From a virus (taxonomy: Duplodnaviria; Caudoviricetes): a DNA stretch of 64,000 bases. The notes beneath the pieces are model-generated. The model had not been told where the DNA came from and made no database searches. It was given only the letters and a program-made list of their open reading frames with translations. Position 1 is the stretch's first letter. Each line of letters opens with the position of its first letter. A program made the position numbers and the translations under genes. Positions 45,084 to 54,225 of the stretch are shown here, one piece after another. The DNA is taken from positions 1 through 64,000 of the IMG/VR virus record IMGVR_UViG_2882284595_000003; one strand, given 5' to 3'.

Positions 45084-45916
45084 GCTCTTAGCTCCTTGTT
45101 GGCCAGCTTGGCCAGGTCACCGGTATAGCGCGCCAGGTCTGGCGTCCAGGCCGCGGCGCCGGGGTTGTAGCTCCAGCCTACGTCCGGCGAAATGCTGACC
45201 TCGCGCCGGGTCACCGGGTCAATGCTGCGGAAGGTGGCCACCTCTCGTTGCTCGCCGGTTCGCTCGGATACCGTGCGCAGCGCAGTGCCCAGCCGGCCGG
45301 CCGAGGACTCAACCTGGATGCCGCGCGCCTTCAGATCATCGGCCGACAGCGCGACGATGCGGCAGCGGCAGCCCCAGCCGTTCGGCGTGTAATAGGACTG
45401 CCAGAACGGGTCGTCGTAGCGAAACACCTTGCCGTGTAGGGCGCGATGGCTGGGGCGGGTCTTGCTGTCCCGGATGGCGACATACATCCAGTACGGCCGG
45501 TCGGCCACGTTTTCGATCTGGGTCTGCCAACGGCCGGCCATGTACGCGGTCTGCAGGTTGGTGCGGTAGATGGTCTCCAGCCGCCTGGGGCTGCCCAGCT
45601 GCACCTCGCGCACTTCGCCAGTGTCTTCGTCCAGCACTTCCTGTTTGCCCCACCAGCCCTTGGCCTTGAGGACCGGCGTCAGCTCTTTCTTGAACCAGGC
45701 AAAGGTCTTGCCCTCGGCCAGCGCCTTCTCCACGGCGTCGCGGATGTCCTGCAGGATGTCCAGCCGCGACACCTTGGCCACCGTGAACGCCTGGGCCTGG
45801 GCGTCCTGCCACAGCTCCTCCCAGTCCCAGGTAATGGCGTAGCCCTTGTTCTTCAGGTACTGGATGGCCTTTTCCGGGGGCAGTTTCATGCAGTACGCGA
45901 GGTCGAAGTCAGCCAT
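45080..45916 (-). CDS. Head morphogenesis protein (Mu gpF-like)
   Basis: AFTVAK...RL.TIYRTN...D..TR..H...PNGWGCRC. Confidence 0.93.
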   Translation of the reverse strand: MADFDLAYCMKLPPEKAIQYLKNKGYAITWDWEELWQDAQAQAFTVAKVSRLDILQDIRDAVEKALAEGKTFAWFKKELTPVLKAKGWWGKQEVLDEDTGEVREVQLGSPRRLETIYRTNLQTAYMAGRWQTQIENVADRPYWMYVAIRDSKTRPSHRALHGKVFRYDDPFWQSYYTPNGWGCRCRIVALSADDLKARGIQVESSAGRLGTALRTVSERTGEQREVATFRSIDPVTRREVSISPDVGWSYNPGAAAWTPDLARYTGDLAKLANKELRA

Positions 45917-47381
45917 GCAGCCGCCCCCAGACTTTGGCGGTGAAGATGGCGCGGGCCAAGCGCTCCTGCAGGCCGCTGGCGTCCATGTCAGGGTATAGCT
46001 CGGCCAGACTGCCCAGCAGCTCATCCGGCTGCGCGCCGGCCTGGATGCGGTCGAACAGCGGCTGCAGCATAGCGGCGGTGTCCGCCTGCAGCTCGTTGGC
46101 CGACAGCGCATCCAGCGCCGCGTCCAGCGCATCCTGGTCCGGCGCTTCTTCGTCGGCTTCGGCAAACTCGGCGCTGGTCGTGGCCTCTGGCTTGTTGGTT
46201 TCCACCAGGTCGCCGTCCTGCAGGTTGTAGGCGCGCTTGAAATAGGCGGAAGTGAACTGGGCGCCGGCGCGGGTCAGCTTCTCGTCGCGGCCGGCCTGGA
46301 CTTCGTCCACCTGCTCCTGCTCCCACATCTCAAAGCGCGGGCGGTCGCCGCCGTTGAAGTTCAGCTCGCAAACCCAGCGCACCAGCTGGTTCAGCGCCTC
46401 CTCGATCACCTCCTTGTCACCATCGCGGATGTCGCGCGTCACCTCCAGCCCGGCCTGGGCCGAGGCGCGGTTGGCGCTGGCCTCGGTGGTCTGGTTTTGA
46501 CCCAGCAGCGCGATGGAGACCTCGGAGCGGCAGAAGTGCAGCAGCCGCTCGTAGACGTCGGCATTGTTGGCGCCGTTGGCGGCCTCCTTGATCTCCACGG
46601 AGGAGTCATCCGGGACGACTGCCACCGCGTCCTGCACCATGGCTTCCAGGCTGTCCAGCAACAGGTCGGTTTCCTGGGTACTGGCCGAGCGTGGATGTTT
46701 GCCGACCAACCAGGGCGAACCGTACTTCTCGGTGAACTGCACCCAGAATTTGAGGCCGCCTTTTTTGAAGGTGGTAGGCCAGAAGCACATGGACAGATCG
46801 GCGAAGCCGTAGGGATTGTCGTAGCTGGCATCCTGGCGCGGCACCAGGAACTTGCGCTCGGGCAGCTCCTCGCCTTTGAGCGGGGCTTGCTTGGTGCGCA
46901 GGCGCAGCTGGTTGTCTTCGTCAAAGACAAACCAGTCGGCCGGCTTGCCCACGATGTCCACCGGCACCAGGTAGCTGCCCACCTTGCCCCACATGATCTC
47001 CATCGGCTGGTAGCCGTAGAGCATGGCGTCCAGCATCTCGCCGATGATCCGTGACAGGTTGAGGTCGTTGAAGATGTCGGTGATCGACTTGGCTACCCGG
47101 CTTTTGGACGCGCCGCGGTCCAGCCCCCACTCCAGCGCCTTTACCGCCGCCTTGCGGCGCCGGATGCAGCCGCCCACATGGGCGTCGGCGCGCAGCTCGC
47201 GGTAGACCTTGATGTCCTTGCCCAACGCTTTCAGCACCGGGTCCGGGTTGGGCAGATACATGCCCAGGCCGTAGAAGTCGATGCTCTTGGAGCGGGTGGC
47301 GATCTGGCTGGACAGCGACTGGCGCGGCTCGCCGAACTGGACGAACTCGGTGGGGCTGACCCACATGCCCTTTGCTTTCAT
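45909..47381 (-). CDS. Portal protein (DUF935/Mu gp29)
   Basis: W..F.EKYG.P...K...SIALLGQ..T. Confidence 0.93.
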   Translation of the reverse strand: MKAKGMWVSPTEFVQFGEPRQSLSSQIATRSKSIDFYGLGMYLPNPDPVLKALGKDIKVYRELRADAHVGGCIRRRKAAVKALEWGLDRGASKSRVAKSITDIFNDLNLSRIIGEMLDAMLYGYQPMEIMWGKVGSYLVPVDIVGKPADWFVFDEDNQLRLRTKQAPLKGEELPERKFLVPRQDASYDNPYGFADLSMCFWPTTFKKGGLKFWVQFTEKYGSPWLVGKHPRSASTQETDLLLDSLEAMVQDAVAVVPDDSSVEIKEAANGANNADVYERLLHFCRSEVSIALLGQNQTTEASANRASAQAGLEVTRDIRDGDKEVIEEALNQLVRWVCELNFNGGDRPRFEMWEQEQVDEVQAGRDEKLTRAGAQFTSAYFKRAYNLQDGDLVETNKPEATTSAEFAEADEEAPDQDALDAALDALSANELQADTAAMLQPLFDRIQAGAQPDELLGSLAELYPDMDASGLQERLARAIFTAKVWGRLHG

Positions 47382-48982
47382 GCGTACCCCTGTGTGATGC
47401 GGGTGGCGGCGCGGCGGCGGCGGGACTTCACTGCCACCGGGCCTTTGTTGAGTTCGCGGCTGGCGTAGTAGGCCAAAGCGATGGCCACCGCGGCGTCGCC
47501 GTGGCGCTTGCCCTTGTCTTCGCCAGTGGTGCGCGCATCCGGGATGCGCGGCACGCCCTTGACCACCTGGACAGCGCGCAAGTCAGCCAGGATGTCTGCG
47601 TCCTTGGGCAAATCCACCAGGTCACCGTCTTCCAGCGCGGCCTTCAGCGGCGGCATGTGCTCGCGATACCAACTCTCGGTCAACATCACCTGCTGGATGC
47701 GGCTGGCGCCGTAGCGCTGCATGGCGAACTCGGCCAAGGAATGGCCGTTGCCGCGGGCGTCGAAGGCGCCGCCCATGAAGCGTGGCAAGCGGTCCATCAG
47801 GTAGAAGGCGATCTGTTCTTGCTGGCGAAACGGCACATTGCGCAGCTCCAGGATGAACGGCACCCGCCGAACGAGGTTTTGCTGCTGGATCAGCGGCACA
47901 TGCACGGACAAGTCGCCCGTGCGGCCGAAGTCCTCGCCATTGAAGCTGATGGCATCGGCGGGCAGAGCAGCCAGCAGCGGCGCCAGCTTGGCCTCCAACC
48001 AGTCGCTGCACTCGGCATGGCGGACGTGATCGGACAGCAGCTCGAAGCCATTCGGGCAGGCATAGCGCAGTACCGGCGTGTCCGCCGACATGCGCGATTC
48101 GATCAGCGCCCTGGACAGCCAGGCGCCGCCGCTGTTCTTCGGGATGCAGCCATATTCTTCATCAGCGGATTCGGTATTGGGCGCGTTGCGGTACAGGTCG
48201 TCGCGCCATTTCTTTTCCGCTTCCGGCGACCAGGTCTGGCCGGTAACGTAGCAGATGCGCTTGTACAGGCCGTCGGCGATGGCGTCATCCAGGGTGATAC
48301 GGTGAATGCTGTAGTCCTTGCGCCCCTCGCGCGCCTCCTGGATGTACTGATTGAACAGGTTTTCGACGCCGTTGTGGGTGCTGATCAGCCGCACCTTGTT
48401 GCCCCACATGGTCAGTGCCAGCGCCGCTTTCAGCAGCTCCTCCAGCGAGTCATGGAAGGCCGCCTCGTCAATCACCACATCGCCCTGCAGGCCGCGCAGG
48501 TTGGATGGCCGGCTGGACAGCGCCTGGATTTTGAAACCGCTCTTGGGGAAGCGGATCATGTACGCGAGGATTTCCTCCTGCCGGCCCTCATCCCAGAAGC
48601 TTTGCTCGTAGACATCAGCCTGGGCCAGCTCGTTGAAGGCCTTGGCGAACAAGGCGCAGGCGGCGATGTACTCCAGCGCCATTTCCTTCTTGCTGCCGAC
48701 GTAGAAGGTATTGCAGCCCTGGCGACGGCGTGGCCGCGCCGCCTTGACCACGTTGCGGCCGGCCTCGGCCCAGGTCAGGCCGGTGCGGCGGCTCTTCTCC
48801 GCGAACATGATCTGGGCTTCGTCTTCAAACCAGCGCTGCTGGTACGGCAGAAACACCGGTTGTTCGGCCGGGATGGCATCGGACACGTCTTGCGGCACCA
48901 CCACGCCGGCCAGCTCCAGCTCTTCGGCCAGGTCAATCTTGCGCGGCGTGCCCAACGGCTTGAGCGGTGGCTGTGCCATCAT
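47378..48982 (-). CDS. Terminase large subunit (Mu gp28-like)
   Basis: LPYQ, EKSRRTGLTW, IDEAAFH, ISTHNG, HGD. Confidence 0.95.
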   Translation of the reverse strand: MMAQPPLKPLGTPRKIDLAEELELAGVVVPQDVSDAIPAEQPVFLPYQQRWFEDEAQIMFAEKSRRTGLTWAEAGRNVVKAARPRRRQGCNTFYVGSKKEMALEYIAACALFAKAFNELAQADVYEQSFWDEGRQEEILAYMIRFPKSGFKIQALSSRPSNLRGLQGDVVIDEAAFHDSLEELLKAALALTMWGNKVRLISTHNGVENLFNQYIQEAREGRKDYSIHRITLDDAIADGLYKRICYVTGQTWSPEAEKKWRDDLYRNAPNTESADEEYGCIPKNSGGAWLSRALIESRMSADTPVLRYACPNGFELLSDHVRHAECSDWLEAKLAPLLAALPADAISFNGEDFGRTGDLSVHVPLIQQQNLVRRVPFILELRNVPFRQQEQIAFYLMDRLPRFMGGAFDARGNGHSLAEFAMQRYGASRIQQVMLTESWYREHMPPLKAALEDGDLVDLPKDADILADLRAVQVVKGVPRIPDARTTGEDKGKRHGDAAVAIALAYYASRELNKGPVAVKSRRRRAATRITQGYA

Positions 48983-49548
48983 TCTTTACCCAGCAGAATG
49001 CGACGGATACGGGACTCCATCTGCTCGCTCATGCCATCGGCGCCGCGCAGCGCTTCCAGCTTTTCCTCCTGCTCGGCCAGCAGCTTGGTGCGGGCCTCGC
49101 GCTCGATGCGGGCCTGCTCGTCCAGGCGGAAGCGCTTCTGATTGACGCTGGCGCGGGCAAGCGTGGCGATGTTCTTGGCGGCCTTGGATAGCAGCGCGAT
49201 GCGGTCTTCCGGCTTGGTGTCTTCCTCGTTGGCTTCCTGCAGGCTGACGATGGACTCGAACATCTCGGTTTGCACCAGGGCGATCACCGCCTCGGAGCGG
49301 GCGTCCTGGTCGTCCGCCGCGCCTTCGGTCAGCAAGCGGGCGGCCTCGGTACTGGCCTTGATGGCGGCGAAGCGGCGCTCGATCTTCTGGCCGTAGCGGT
49401 GGATGGCTGATTTGCTGATGGCGAAGCCCTTGTCGCGCAATGCCCCCTCCAGCAGCTGGTAGCCGCTGAAGTTGCCGTCCATCAAGGCCTTGTCCAGCCA
49501 GTCGCGCACGGCTGTCGGCAGCTGTTCTACGCTGTTGCGACGGGCCAT
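48979..49548 (-). CDS. Mu gp27-like (DUF3486) putative small terminase
   Basis: MARR.SV..LP...ISKSAIHRYG. Confidence 0.9.
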   Translation of the reverse strand: MARRNSVEQLPTAVRDWLDKALMDGNFSGYQLLEGALRDKGFAISKSAIHRYGQKIERRFAAIKASTEAARLLTEGAADDQDARSEAVIALVQTEMFESIVSLQEANEEDTKPEDRIALLSKAAKNIATLARASVNQKRFRLDEQARIEREARTKLLAEQEEKLEALRGADGMSEQMESRIRRILLGKE

Positions 49549-49549
49549 G

Positions 49550-49861
49550 TCACTGGCTCCAGTACTGCGCCGGACGGGCGATGCCCGGCGCGCAGTCTAT
49601 GGTGTACTCGGCAATGTCCACACCGTAGCGGGTCAGGTCGCCCCACCAGCGGCCAGAAGGCTCCTTGCGCAGCTTCACCAGCGCGCGGTCTGCCAGGTAG
49701 TCCAGCTCCTTGCGGACTTCCAGCGGCGTCACATCCGGGTAGATGGCGCGCATGGTCATCTGGATCACGTCCTCGCACACCTCCTCGGGCCGAGCATTGT
49801 TCAGCGCCAGCAGCAGATACCAGCGCAAGCTTTCCCGGCGCACCTTGGCCTGGTCGATCAT
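49550..49861 (-). CDS. Mu gp26-like winged-helix protein
   Basis: RRE.LRW..L...ELDYL..R.LV...PGIARP. Confidence 0.85.
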   Translation of the reverse strand: MIDQAKVRRESLRWYLLLALNNARPEEVCEDVIQMTMRAIYPDVTPLEVRKELDYLADRALVKLRKEPSGRWWGDLTRYGVDIAEYTIDCAPGIARPAQYWSQ

Positions 49862-50199
49862 CGTTGAGCACCTTTCAGTTGGATGTTCTCGATCTTGAGC
49901 GCCACGGCATCCAACTTGGCCTCAATCACGGTCTGGTTGCGGACATAGTCTTCGCGGCGGACATAGGACAGCGGCAGGTCTGCCTGGAACTTCAGAAAGT
50001 CCCGCTCCAGGCGATGCACGCTCTCTGCCTCCTTGGCGATCTGGGCCAGCAGCGCGGCGATCTGCGCCTCTTGCTTGGCGTCGCGCTCGCTCTGCCGCTG
50101 GTCGATCTGCGCCAGCAACATCTTGCCGGCGCCAAACAGAAAGCCCAGAAAGGCCAGGATTAGCGTTACCACCATGCCCAGCTCCATCTGGATGGTCAT
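49858..50199 (-). CDS. TM/coiled-coil protein (gp25 position)
   Basis: N-terminal TM; LP..YVRREDY...EAKLD. Confidence 0.8.
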   Translation of the reverse strand: MTIQMELGMVVTLILAFLGFLFGAGKMLLAQIDQRQSERDAKQEAQIAALLAQIAKEAESVHRLERDFLKFQADLPLSYVRREDYVRNQTVIEAKLDAVALKIENIQLKGAQR

Positions 50200-50414
50200 A
50201 GGCCACCCCGTTTTCGTTGTTCCGCGCGGGCCTGGCAGTCCATGCAGCGGGTGCAGCCTGGCGCTGCCAAGCGGCGCGCTTCCGGGATGGGCTCGCCGCA
50301 GTCGTCGCACTGCGACAGGCTGGCGCCCAGCGGCCGGCTGGCGGCGGCCTGAGCCGCCAGAGATGCCGCCAGATACAGCGCCTCCAGTTCCTGGGCGCGG
50401 TCAAACTCATCCAT
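50196..50414 (-). CDS. TraR/DksA C4 zinc-finger protein
   Basis: D.FDRAQ...CDDCGEPIPEARR.A.PGC.RC.DCQ. Confidence 0.92.
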   Translation of the reverse strand: MDEFDRAQELEALYLAASLAAQAAASRPLGASLSQCDDCGEPIPEARRLAAPGCTRCMDCQARAEQRKRGGL

Positions 50415-51000
50415 GGCTGGCCTCCTGGTACAGCCGGATGAAACCATCCACGCGGGTTTCCAGCTCCTGGCACCAGCGGCCGTAATCGGCGGCGTGGTTC
50501 AGTAAGTCTGCGGGCGGTAGCCCGCGCTCGGCGGCGCCGGCTTGGCTGGCTTCACCAGCATTTCCGGCGTCGGCTGCGGGCAGACCCGGATCACGTTCGG
50601 GATAGCCGAGGGCGGCGCGGTAGAGCCGCAGGCTGTCAGGACCAAGGCCAGTCCAAGCCTGGCCATCGTTGCGAGTCGCATCGGCTATCCTTTCCTTGAG
50701 TTGGACCTGGCTGCGCGCCAGCTGGCCCTGGGTTTGCAACAGCTGCCAGCCCACCTGGTGGGCCAGGTCGGTCAAGCGCGCTTGCTCTGCATTGGCCGCC
50801 GCCAGCGCCTGGCTTTGTTTCTCTGCCTTCTGCAGCAGCTCGGCAGCGTGCGCGGCTTCTTGCTTGGCCATCTTGGCCTCGTAGACGCGGGTGGCTTGGC
50901 CTTGGCCGCTGCCGTAACCGACGAAACCCGCCACGCCCAGGGTGACGCCGCACAGTGCTACGCGCAGGACATTGAGCAGCAAGGGGCTGGCGCTAAGCAT
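50407..51000 (-). CDS. i-spanin (Rz-like)
   Basis: N-terminal TM + coiled coil in the lysis cassette. Confidence 0.7.
   Translation of the reverse strand: MLSASPLLLNVLRVALCGVTLGVAGFVGYGSGQGQATRVYEAKMAKQEAAHAAELLQKAEKQSQALAAANAEQARLTDLAHQVGWQLLQTQGQLARSQVQLKERIADATRNDGQAWTGLGPDSLRLYRAALGYPERDPGLPAADAGNAGEASQAGAAERGLPPADLLNHAADYGRWCQELETRVDGFIRLYQEASHG
50499..50681 (-). CDS. Embedded o-spanin (Rz1-like lipoprotein)
   Basis: Lipobox LTAC, Pro-rich, nested in another frame of the i-spanin. Confidence 0.65.
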   Translation of the reverse strand: MRLATMARLGLALVLTACGSTAPPSAIPNVIRVCPQPTPEMLVKPAKPAPPSAGYRPQTY

Positions 51001-51223
51001 TGTTGGCCTCCTTGCTGTCGCGCTTGGTGGCGATCCAGCTGCGAGCCGCGGAGTAGCCGCCCACCACGCCCAGGTAGATCAGCCAGACCTCGGCGGTCAG
51101 CGTGCCGGCCACGCCTTGGTAAACGAACATGCCGGTGGCGGCCGCGCAGGCCACATTGGCCCACAGCTTGCTATGGCTGAGTCGCCCTGTGGTCGGATTG
51201 GTGAAGAGGTCGGCCAGGGTCAT
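50993..51223 (-). CDS. Putative holin (DUF2644-like)
   Basis: TGRLSHSKLWANV; two TM segments. Confidence 0.8.
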   Translation of the reverse strand: MTLADLFTNPTTGRLSHSKLWANVACAAATGMFVYQGVAGTLTAEVWLIYLGVVGGYSAARSWIATKRDSKEANNA

Positions 51224-51630
51224 TGGTATCCCCGCGCCAGAGCGAAGTGCGGAAATTCGCGGAACGGCGCGCCTGGGCGGCCGTACCAGTTGAGGCCCAG
51301 CTCCATGCCGATGCGGCCGGCGGTTTGCCAAGCGGGGTGCCGGTCTTCCCACATCGGCTTGCCATTCACCAGCGGGACGATGTCGAAGGCGCGCGCGGCG
51401 GGCTTGCCGTTGATCATCACGTTGTGTTCGGACTGGCCGCCTTTGGCATTGGTGACGCGCGGGCCAGGATTGCCGTTACGGCCCTGGGCGTAGAGCTGGT
51501 CCTGCTCGGCCGGCGAGCGCCAGGTGCAGGTGATGAGGATGTCGAGGCCGGCAGCCTGGCAGCGCTGCAGGAACGTCCGGCAAAGCGGCTGCAGGTCCGG
51601 GTGAAGGTCTTCGATCTTGCGGCTGGGCAT
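51220..51630 (-). CDS. M15-family peptidase endolysin
   Basis: RS.AEQ..LYAQGR...VTNA..GQS.HN...AFD...E.PHF. Confidence 0.93.
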   Translation of the reverse strand: MPSRKIEDLHPDLQPLCRTFLQRCQAAGLDILITCTWRSPAEQDQLYAQGRNGNPGPRVTNAKGGQSEHNVMINGKPAARAFDIVPLVNGKPMWEDRHPAWQTAGRIGMELGLNWYGRPGAPFREFPHFALARGYQ

Positions 51631-51663
51631 GGTTCCCTCCTGTCAAAATGAAACATGCCACCC

Positions 51664-51708
51664 ATTGTGGGGTGGCATGTTTGGAGGGGCGTTTAATGCG
51701 CTTTAAAG
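51664..51708 (-). promoter_or_regulatory. Late promoter (Plys equivalent)
   Basis: CTTTAAAGCGCATTAAAC-21 bp-CACAAT. Confidence 0.7.
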
Positions 51709-51736
51709 CATGGACTTACAGGGCAGAAATGGCTTG

Positions 51737-52549
51737 CTAGGTTGATTTCTTGCAATGCGCAGGTTTGGCTTGCTCTACTATTTGCCCGGTTTGCTTATCA
51801 ACGTCATACACAGTCAAGCATTCTCGTCCGCCGAATTTCTTTTTCAGCTCAGCATCTTCTGCGGCGACAGCCGATTTGATTTGACTATCCGTTGCGCGAA
51901 GCTGTTGCTCACACTTCTGCTTGGCCTTGTGATAAGCCGCTTCATCCTTACGCAGGTATTTCGTACTCTCTACAGTTCTCTCTCGCGTCGCCGAATAAGA
52001 CAGCGACTGGAGCTGTAGCGCGGCATCTTGGCAATATGCAAAATGCTCACGTTGATCATCAGGCTGACGCTCTATCAAGGTCGGCCAACGTTCAAGCTCT
52101 GCTTGCAGTGGCTTCTGCACATGTTTGATGATGCCAGTGCCATCTCCTAACTGAATACCATCAATTAACGACTGTTCCGCTTCATTGATCACCCGCAAAG
52201 TGCCTTTGGCAAACTGCCGGGCTTCGGTCAGCCCCATCGGCTTGACATGCTCTGGTATGGCTTGCTTTGCTTCAACTTGTGTGAGCTTTTTCTGACTGGG
52301 AGCAGATGCAACAGTAGGTGCCGTCGATTCCTGGAGAGTGGATGCCGTTGAAGCGCCTTCCGGGGCGAAAAAACCTGCTGCTACTAGCGCAACTAATGAC
52401 AGCATTCCCCCACCCAGCAAAAAGTGAAGCCGCTTTGGCACTTCCTCCGTTTTTTTTCCTTTGAATAAGGATGGGGCAACCGTGCCAATGATCGCTATCA
52501 GTGAAAAAAACAAGCCGATCAGCCCAAAAATACTTGCCACCATAGACAT
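51737..52549 (-). CDS. Membrane-anchored hypothetical protein
   Basis: Two N-terminal TM segments; soluble domain with four Cys; lower GC. Confidence 0.8.
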   Translation of the reverse strand: MSMVASIFGLIGLFFSLIAIIGTVAPSLFKGKKTEEVPKRLHFLLGGGMLSLVALVAAGFFAPEGASTASTLQESTAPTVASAPSQKKLTQVEAKQAIPEHVKPMGLTEARQFAKGTLRVINEAEQSLIDGIQLGDGTGIIKHVQKPLQAELERWPTLIERQPDDQREHFAYCQDAALQLQSLSYSATRERTVESTKYLRKDEAAYHKAKQKCEQQLRATDSQIKSAVAAEDAELKKKFGGRECLTVYDVDKQTGQIVEQAKPAHCKKST

Positions 52550-52649
52550 GGACCTCTCCCGACATGAGTAGTATTAGGAAACCTGCTGATGAACGCAGCA
52601 GGTTAGGTTTCATACGAATACCGCAACAGTACGGCATCTGGGAACAGAC

Positions 52650-53405
52650 TCAGCGTTTGCGCAGCTTATGGGCAACGTGCAATGGTTGCCAATATGCCAC
52701 TTGACCATTCTGGCCTGCTAAACACTGGATGTCTGGCGCATTTGGAAAGTCGATAATGCTGCCCAGCCGATACATTTGGCCTTGGTAGTTGCACTCATGC
52801 TGCTGACTCTGCAACTGCGCCTTAAGCGCGCTGGCCTGGGCTGATGAAGTATGGCTTAGATAGCCTAGGGAAATTGAAATCCCTATTGCCAGCACACTGA
52901 TGGCAATCAAAACTTTCACACTGCGCTGCGCTTCGCTTAATGCCTGGGCACTGGCCACGCAATCCTCGCAAACAGTCTTATACCTGAGAGCCGGCTGCGT
53001 ATAAGCGCTATAAGATGGCGCGGCTACATCATTGGCCGTTTTTTTGCTGGCCTTGTGTTCTGCAGCGTAAATTTCTTTCTTTAGCCAGCTATAGGCTTCT
53101 CGGAACCACTCAATCGGCAAGTCTTTGTACATCTTGCCGTGGAACTGGTTGGAAAAGCTGCGCCATACTTTTTCCATGTCACGTCCGCTGGCATTGGCAA
53201 GTTGCCGTACTAAATCCCGTATTTCATTTTGTTGTTGGAGTGTTAGCAGTTCCCCTGAGAGCAACTCTTCTCCACTACGGTCAACGTGGAGATTAATCAC
53301 GTTATTATTATTGAAAAACGGGGATTGATTGGTGATATCCCCGTTAATGTTTTGCTCGTTGTAGTCGTTCTGGGCTACTCGATTGTTACTGCCCTCGGTC
53401 TTCAT
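52650..53405 (-). CDS. Single-pass membrane protein with Asn-rich N-terminus
   Basis: ATG at 53405 with AAGGA RBS overlapping the repressor end; TM VLIAISVLAIGISISLGYL; C-terminal CNYQGQMY..G..I. Confidence 0.75.
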   Translation of the reverse strand: MKTEGSNNRVAQNDYNEQNINGDITNQSPFFNNNNVINLHVDRSGEELLSGELLTLQQQNEIRDLVRQLANASGRDMEKVWRSFSNQFHGKMYKDLPIEWFREAYSWLKKEIYAAEHKASKKTANDVAAPSYSAYTQPALRYKTVCEDCVASAQALSEAQRSVKVLIAISVLAIGISISLGYLSHTSSAQASALKAQLQSQQHECNYQGQMYRLGSIIDFPNAPDIQCLAGQNGQVAYWQPLHVAHKLRKR

Positions 53406-53862
53406 CGTCCTTGCTGCCTTTCGCACCGTGATACTCGCGGTAATTCTGGCCAGCCACCCGGTTGCCAGAACCACTCACGACAATTCCCTTGGCATTATCA
53501 TCGCACGGGACTGTACTAACTGGCACTGACCTAAGGGCTAGTTTCGTGACGGCTTTGGCCAACTGGTTGGCATCCACCTTCTTTTCCAACGACAGCAAAT
53601 CGATCGCGTCCAGCACCGCTTGATGGACAGCGGATTCGCCTATGCCCTGGCCTTGGCGTTGGCCTAGAAGGACATATTGCACATCAACGCCAGCTGCCGC
53701 CAAAGCTGCCAGCTGTACGGCTGTTGGAGATGAAACCCCTTTTTCCCAGTCGACAAGAGTACGCCTCTTCGCGCCTGCCTTATCTGCAAAAACCTCTTGC
53801 GTAAGGCCGAGACGTTCACGCTCTTCTTTGAGTCTCAACTCAATCAAAGTGCAAATCTCCAC
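53386..53862 (-). CDS. XRE-family repressor of the transposable phage
   Basis: RLKEERERLGLTQ..FA...WEKG.SSP...GVDVQYVL.G. Confidence 0.92.
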   Translation of the reverse strand: MEICTLIELRLKEERERLGLTQEVFADKAGAKRRTLVDWEKGVSSPTAVQLAALAAAGVDVQYVLLGQRQGQGIGESAVHQAVLDAIDLLSLEKKVDANQLAKAVTKLALRSVPVSTVPCDDNAKGIVVSGSGNRVAGQNYREYHGAKGSKDDEDRGQ

Positions 53863-53902
53863 TCAAAATAATGTTGACATGTGCAGATTTCTGCACAATA
53901 CT
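53848..53902 (+). promoter_or_regulatory. Early promoter with repressor operators
   Basis: TTGACA(53874)-17 bp-AATACT; palindrome TGTGCAGA-TT-TCTGCACA (53880-53897); related site at 53848-53863. Confidence 0.75.
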
Positions 53903-53982
53903 CAACTCACACCGTCCCACCACGAACGGCAACTTAAGCGGCACTCTCCCAAGCGCCGCCGCCCCTTGAATAGGAGCTAACC

Positions 53983-54225
53983 ATGCAACTACGTACCCCA
54001 GCCCAGGCTCGCAAGGAGCTTCAGGACAAAGGGATTTCTATTACCCAATGGGCCATCGCCAACAAGTTCTCGCCCAACCTGGTTTTTGAAGTCTTGGGCG
54101 GCCGCAAGAAGTGCGTGCGCGGCCAAGCTCATGAGATCGCAGTCAAGTTGGGCATCAAGGCTGGTGAAATCTGCACCGACCCGGCCAATGCCTTGGCTCA
54201 GTCCCGTCGCCGCGTCGCAGCGTGA
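53983..54225 (+). CDS. Ner/Cro-like DNA-binding protein (BcepMu gp16 family)
   Basis: RTP.Q.R......G.SI..WA...V..VL.GR....RG.AH.IAVKLG.K. Confidence 0.88.
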   Translation: MQLRTPAQARKELQDKGISITQWAIANKFSPNLVFEVLGGRKKCVRGQAHEIAVKLGIKAGEICTDPANALAQSRRRVAA

